Source: Iphione sp. A-MEVVRFRX5 (Eukaryota). Taken from it: DNA of 64,000 nucleotides. Position 1 is the stretch's first letter; every line of letters starts with the position of its first letter. A program made the translations under genes and the position numbers. The stretch spans positions 29,326,001 to 29,390,000 of the forward strand of contig OZ320319.1 of the NCBI GenBank assembly GCA_976226885.1, written 5' to 3'. The notes beneath the pieces were generated by a model that saw only the letters and a list, made by a program, of their open reading frames with translations, did not search any database and was not told where the DNA came from. Below are positions 60,812-64,000 of this stretch, piece by piece.

Positions 60812-61783
60812 ATGCCAGACACTCAGAAATCAAGCTCTACAGAAGAAGGCGAGGTTTTGGCGCGGCTTCTTGAGAAGATCACGATGATTGAGAAAAGGTT
60901 AGACGGCCTTTCCGAGCAACAAGAGCAGAAGAAAGGCAAGAAGTCACCAGGACAACTCTCGGTCGTAACAAGATCAGCAGCGGCAAAAATGGCGGATCTT
61001 CAGGACCAGGCAGCCGGCACCTCGTCTCAAGCTGAGACGCCTACCACAGACCAAGCAGACAACCCTACCCCCGATCCACAAACAGTAAAGGCAGATGCAG
61101 CAACACACATAAAGGATGTATTTACACAAATATATCCACAGGCGCTGGAGACAATAGGTAAGCGAATAGCTCGCCCACACCCCTCGTCATACGTAATTAT
61201 GGGTGAATCTTCTAAGCCTGATATTAAGAAACTGTCGTTTGCCCAATACATATCGGCCATGATGAGTATGATGTTAGACAAGAGCATTGTATACCCAACA
61301 GACTTAATCACCATGCTAGAGCATATCAGAGACACAGCCGAGTCCGTGGAGGCAAGTAGTTGGCCCCCAATTAGGGACTGGCTATCTGAAGTCTGGTATC
61401 TCACCAGTAATGAGAGACTAGAATGGTCAGATACACGCAGGATTGAGTCAATCCGTCAGAGGTGGATAAATGCACACACCAGGCAAATCAAAGACACCAC
61501 CTCTTTATCAGTACGAGAAGGCCTTGTCGCATGTCCTAGGTGGGCCACAGGCAAGTGTCCAGACACATCACCGCATTTTATGACTGATACGAGTGTTTCA
61601 CACATTTGCCCTTTTTGTTTGCTACTCCATAACAAGACTCTGGAGCACAAAATCGACCAGTGTCGTTCGAAGAAGAGGGCACAGGCCAGTCTTCAAGCAC
61701 CAGAAAGGCAGCAGAATCGTCCTTGGGCAGCACAGACACCACGAGACCAACGGCAGAAGAACGACAACCAGCCAGATTGGTAG
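60812..61783 (+). CDS. ORF1, Gag-like protein (323 aa) with an N-terminal coiled coil and a C-terminal Cys/His knuckle
   Basis: CPRWATGKC...H...HICPFC...H...C motif of the type found in DIRS-order Gag proteins; intact ORF upstream of RT. Confidence 0.82.
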   Translation: MPDTQKSSSTEEGEVLARLLEKITMIEKRLDGLSEQQEQKKGKKSPGQLSVVTRSAAAKMADLQDQAAGTSSQAETPTTDQADNPTPDPQTVKADAATHIKDVFTQIYPQALETIGKRIARPHPSSYVIMGESSKPDIKKLSFAQYISAMMSMMLDKSIVYPTDLITMLEHIRDTAESVEASSWPPIRDWLSEVWYLTSNERLEWSDTRRIESIRQRWINAHTRQIKDTTSLSVREGLVACPRWATGKCPDTSPHFMTDTSVSHICPFCLLLHNKTLEHKIDQCRSKKRAQASLQAPERQQNRPWAAQTPRDQRQKNDNQPDW

Positions 61784-63603
61784 ACGCCGACCCGCAGTCT
61801 GACTCCCACGACGACATCTCTACCTTTTATGCTTATCAATGTATTAACGCTGATTCATTGCAGGCTCCATCCAGGACCCACCAACAAATGATAGCTCATC
61901 GTGTCATGAACTGGCCCAAGGCATCACATTTTATGCCAAATGATCTTCGTTACATATATGACTCTGTCTTAATCACCGGCCTCCCGAACTTCATGGAGGC
62001 CCGAATACCCCTTCCATCCCAATTGAATGTACCCCTATGGTGTGAAATTTTGAGTCAAGATGTTATCAAATCGCAAATATTCATTGATTTTCTCACATAT
62101 GGTTTTCCAATTGGTTTTGTCGCAGATGCTCCCCCACATAATAGCAAAGTATACCGGTTATCTGATAATGACAAGTCTCACGTTGAAAAATACATTTGTG
62201 TAGAGCTGGCATGCAAAGCAATATGTGGCCCACTCCTGGGCCACCCGTTCAGACATCCAACGGTGGTCAACCCGATTATGACAAGGGAAAAGAAAAACTC
62301 TGCAGAGAAGCGAATAATATTTGATCTGTCATTTTCCTCTGTCAACTCAGGTATTCCAAGGCATAACTATTTTACCATTCCTTTACAAGTTCATCTCCCT
62401 ACCCCTCACCGCATTGCAGAAGAGATAGCCTCTCACACAAGACCTATTTACCTTGCATCCTTAGATTTAAAAAGGGCTTATCGCTACTTCCCTGTGGATC
62501 CACTAGATTGGCCCCTTCTCCCGTTTACTTTCGATGATCATTATTACATGGACCTCTCTCTGCCATTCGGGACCCGCTATTCTTCACTTTTACTACAAGA
62601 ACTCTCATGTATATTAACTTCCCACCTTGAACAAAAATTCCCCGACATTAGGGCATGGGCCTACCTAGACGACTACATTCTTTCATCCCCGTATCTCCCT
62701 CTCATTCAACAAGCCTTTACATATTTCAAGTTACTTCTTTCTGCACTAGGACTGCAGTTAGCTCATGACAAGACTTCCCCTCCGTCTCATCATGTCACAT
62801 GGTTAGGGGTCGACTTTAATACCATTGAGCGTACCATGACCATTCCATCAGATAAAATCGATCTGTTGAAGCACGAGATACGTACAGTTCTGGAGTGTCC
62901 TGAAATCCCACTGAAGGCCGCTCAGCGTTTAGTTGGTTTGATCAATTTCATCACAAAATGTTCCCCTCCTTCTCGTTTCTTCGTTAACTCACTCCTCGAG
63001 CAGATAAGACAAGCAGCAGCAGTTAATTCAAAAAGAATTCTCCTAACATCACAAGTAAAGAAGGATCTTAAATGGTACTTAGCATTCCTTCCTAAGTTTA
63101 ACGGTATCAGGCTTATTACACCCCCTGCCATAACAGATTCCTTCTATTGTGACGCATCCCTGGAGGGAATGGGAGCTTACTGTAATACATCCTATTACTC
63201 ACAGTCTGTTCCCCAGTCAATTGCACACCTTCCAATATCTCAATTGGAAGCTTTTAACGTGGCTGTGGCCGTCCACCTCTTTACTGGCGTACACAATCAA
63301 AATACAAGGATTGAAGTATTCTGTGATAATATGGCCACCATTCAGGTATTATCCACTGGTAGGGCCACGGACCAATTCTTGGCGATTATCCTCAGGGCGG
63401 TATGGTACAGAGCGGCCAAGCACAATATCTCGCTTGTTTTCACACACATCCCTGGAAATAGAATGATTGTAGCTGACGCCCTATCGAGGTTCACATTAGC
63501 CCCTAAGTATCAGGCTATTGTCAATAGGTATTTAGCATGTCACCAGCATATGTCCTCAAAGCACATCCCTTCCTCTCTTGTAAGACATATACTATCATTT
63601 TAA
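61660..63603 (+). CDS. ORF2, reverse transcriptase plus RNase H (track start is GTG; first ATG at 61888)
   Basis: RT motifs: LASLDLKRAY, LPFG, YLDD (62662-62673), WLG. RNase H motifs: CDAS, LEA, CDN, ADALSR. No internal stops. Confidence 0.96.
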   Translation: MSFEEEGTGQSSSTRKAAESSLGSTDTTRPTAEERQPARLVDADPQSDSHDDISTFYAYQCINADSLQAPSRTHQQMIAHRVMNWPKASHFMPNDLRYIYDSVLITGLPNFMEARIPLPSQLNVPLWCEILSQDVIKSQIFIDFLTYGFPIGFVADAPPHNSKVYRLSDNDKSHVEKYICVELACKAICGPLLGHPFRHPTVVNPIMTREKKNSAEKRIIFDLSFSSVNSGIPRHNYFTIPLQVHLPTPHRIAEEIASHTRPIYLASLDLKRAYRYFPVDPLDWPLLPFTFDDHYYMDLSLPFGTRYSSLLLQELSCILTSHLEQKFPDIRAWAYLDDYILSSPYLPLIQQAFTYFKLLLSALGLQLAHDKTSPPSHHVTWLGVDFNTIERTMTIPSDKIDLLKHEIRTVLECPEIPLKAAQRLVGLINFITKCSPPSRFFVNSLLEQIRQAAAVNSKRILLTSQVKKDLKWYLAFLPKFNGIRLITPPAITDSFYCDASLEGMGAYCNTSYYSQSVPQSIAHLPISQLEAFNVAVAVHLFTGVHNQNTRIEVFCDNMATIQVLSTGRATDQFLAIILRAVWYRAAKHNISLVFTHIPGNRMIVADALSRFTLAPKYQAIVNRYLACHQHMSSKHIPSSLVRHILSF

Positions 63604-64000
63604 ATTTCAGATCCTCTACTCCAGCATTGGTATCAATCGGCATGTCAGCGTCAGTTCCAGTCTGTCTCCTCCAGTACCCACCAACGCAGAATGCAACAGG
63701 CAGCCCTGGCTATTGGCTTCTTCTACAAGTACAAGTGGCCACTTACTTCCCCTACAGAAACTCAGATTCTAGTTTACATCGAATATTTAGCATCCCTCAA
63801 ATATTCTCCACAGATTGTGTCCCAGTACATATCATCCTTTCGTTTTATATTAACCCACTTGGGGGCCAAGACAGATAGCATTAACTCACCTCGAATAACG
63901 ACCGCCCTTAAAGCCCTTAAGCTAACCTCATCTCATGTGGTCACTCCTAAGCTCCCAATCACACTGCATATTCTCCAGAACATTGTTACCTCGTGTCATA
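63604..64000 (+). CDS. ORF3, tyrosine recombinase N-terminal (core-binding) region, open to the window end; not in the ORF track
   Basis: Translation ISDPLLQHW...ILVYIEYLASLKYSPQIVSQYISSFRF...KLPITLHILQNI resembles the (YI.YL...S..TI..YLS) and LPIT..IL motifs of DIRS recombinases. The catalytic RHRY residues would lie beyond the window. Confidence 0.78.
   Translation, partial: MSDPLLQHWYQSACQRQFQSVSSSTHQRRMQQAALAIGFFYKYKWPLTSPTETQILVYIEYLASLKYSPQIVSQYISSFRFILTHLGAKTDSINSPRITTALKALKLTSSHVVTPKLPITLHILQNIVTSCH

Larger units (their letters stand above)
60549..64000 (+). mobile_element. DIRS/Ngaro-type tyrosine-recombinase retrotransposon, truncated by the window end; left boundary approximate
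   Basis: Gag-like ORF, RT/RNase H ORF and tyrosine-recombinase N-terminal ORF in series. No integrase, and no methyltransferase domain after RNase H, which is more Ngaro-like than DIRS1-like. Confidence 0.9.

Noticed and set aside
63597-63606. TTTAAAT as a -1 frameshift site for recombinase expression
   Set aside because: The heptamer is not in register with ORF2, and the recombinase is in the same frame, so a frameshift would not reach it.

Overview
This is eukaryotic (animal, probably invertebrate) genomic DNA, so most entries in the supplied ORF track are intronic noise. It contains three main things. (1) A complete multi-exon SLC4-family bicarbonate transporter gene on the + strand (about 566-52777). 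I reconstructed 23 downstream GT-AG exons with every splice phase matching. At least two, and probably three or four, alternative first coding exons end in phase 1 and splice to the exon at 26380. The substrate-site residues mix anion-exchanger (AE) and Na+-coupled (NCBT) signatures. There are also unusual splice options: a nested splice-site pair with an in-frame TAG, an 18-nt microexon, and a last exon open in all three frames. (2) A convergent - strand gene (59674-57311, two coding exons, about 539 aa) encoding a basic, low-complexity protein with a Cys/His-rich C-terminus that I do not recognise. (3) An apparently intact DIRS/Ngaro-type tyrosine-recombinase retrotransposon from about 60550 to the window end. 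Its recombinase frame follows the RT/RNase H stop codon in the same frame and has no start codon of its own at the 5' end, but phase-matched splice sites predict a spliced Gag-recombinase fusion. The introns hold several MITE families and simple repeats. I found no rRNA, convincing tRNA or CRISPR array. All gene models were read by hand and need RNA-seq confirmation.
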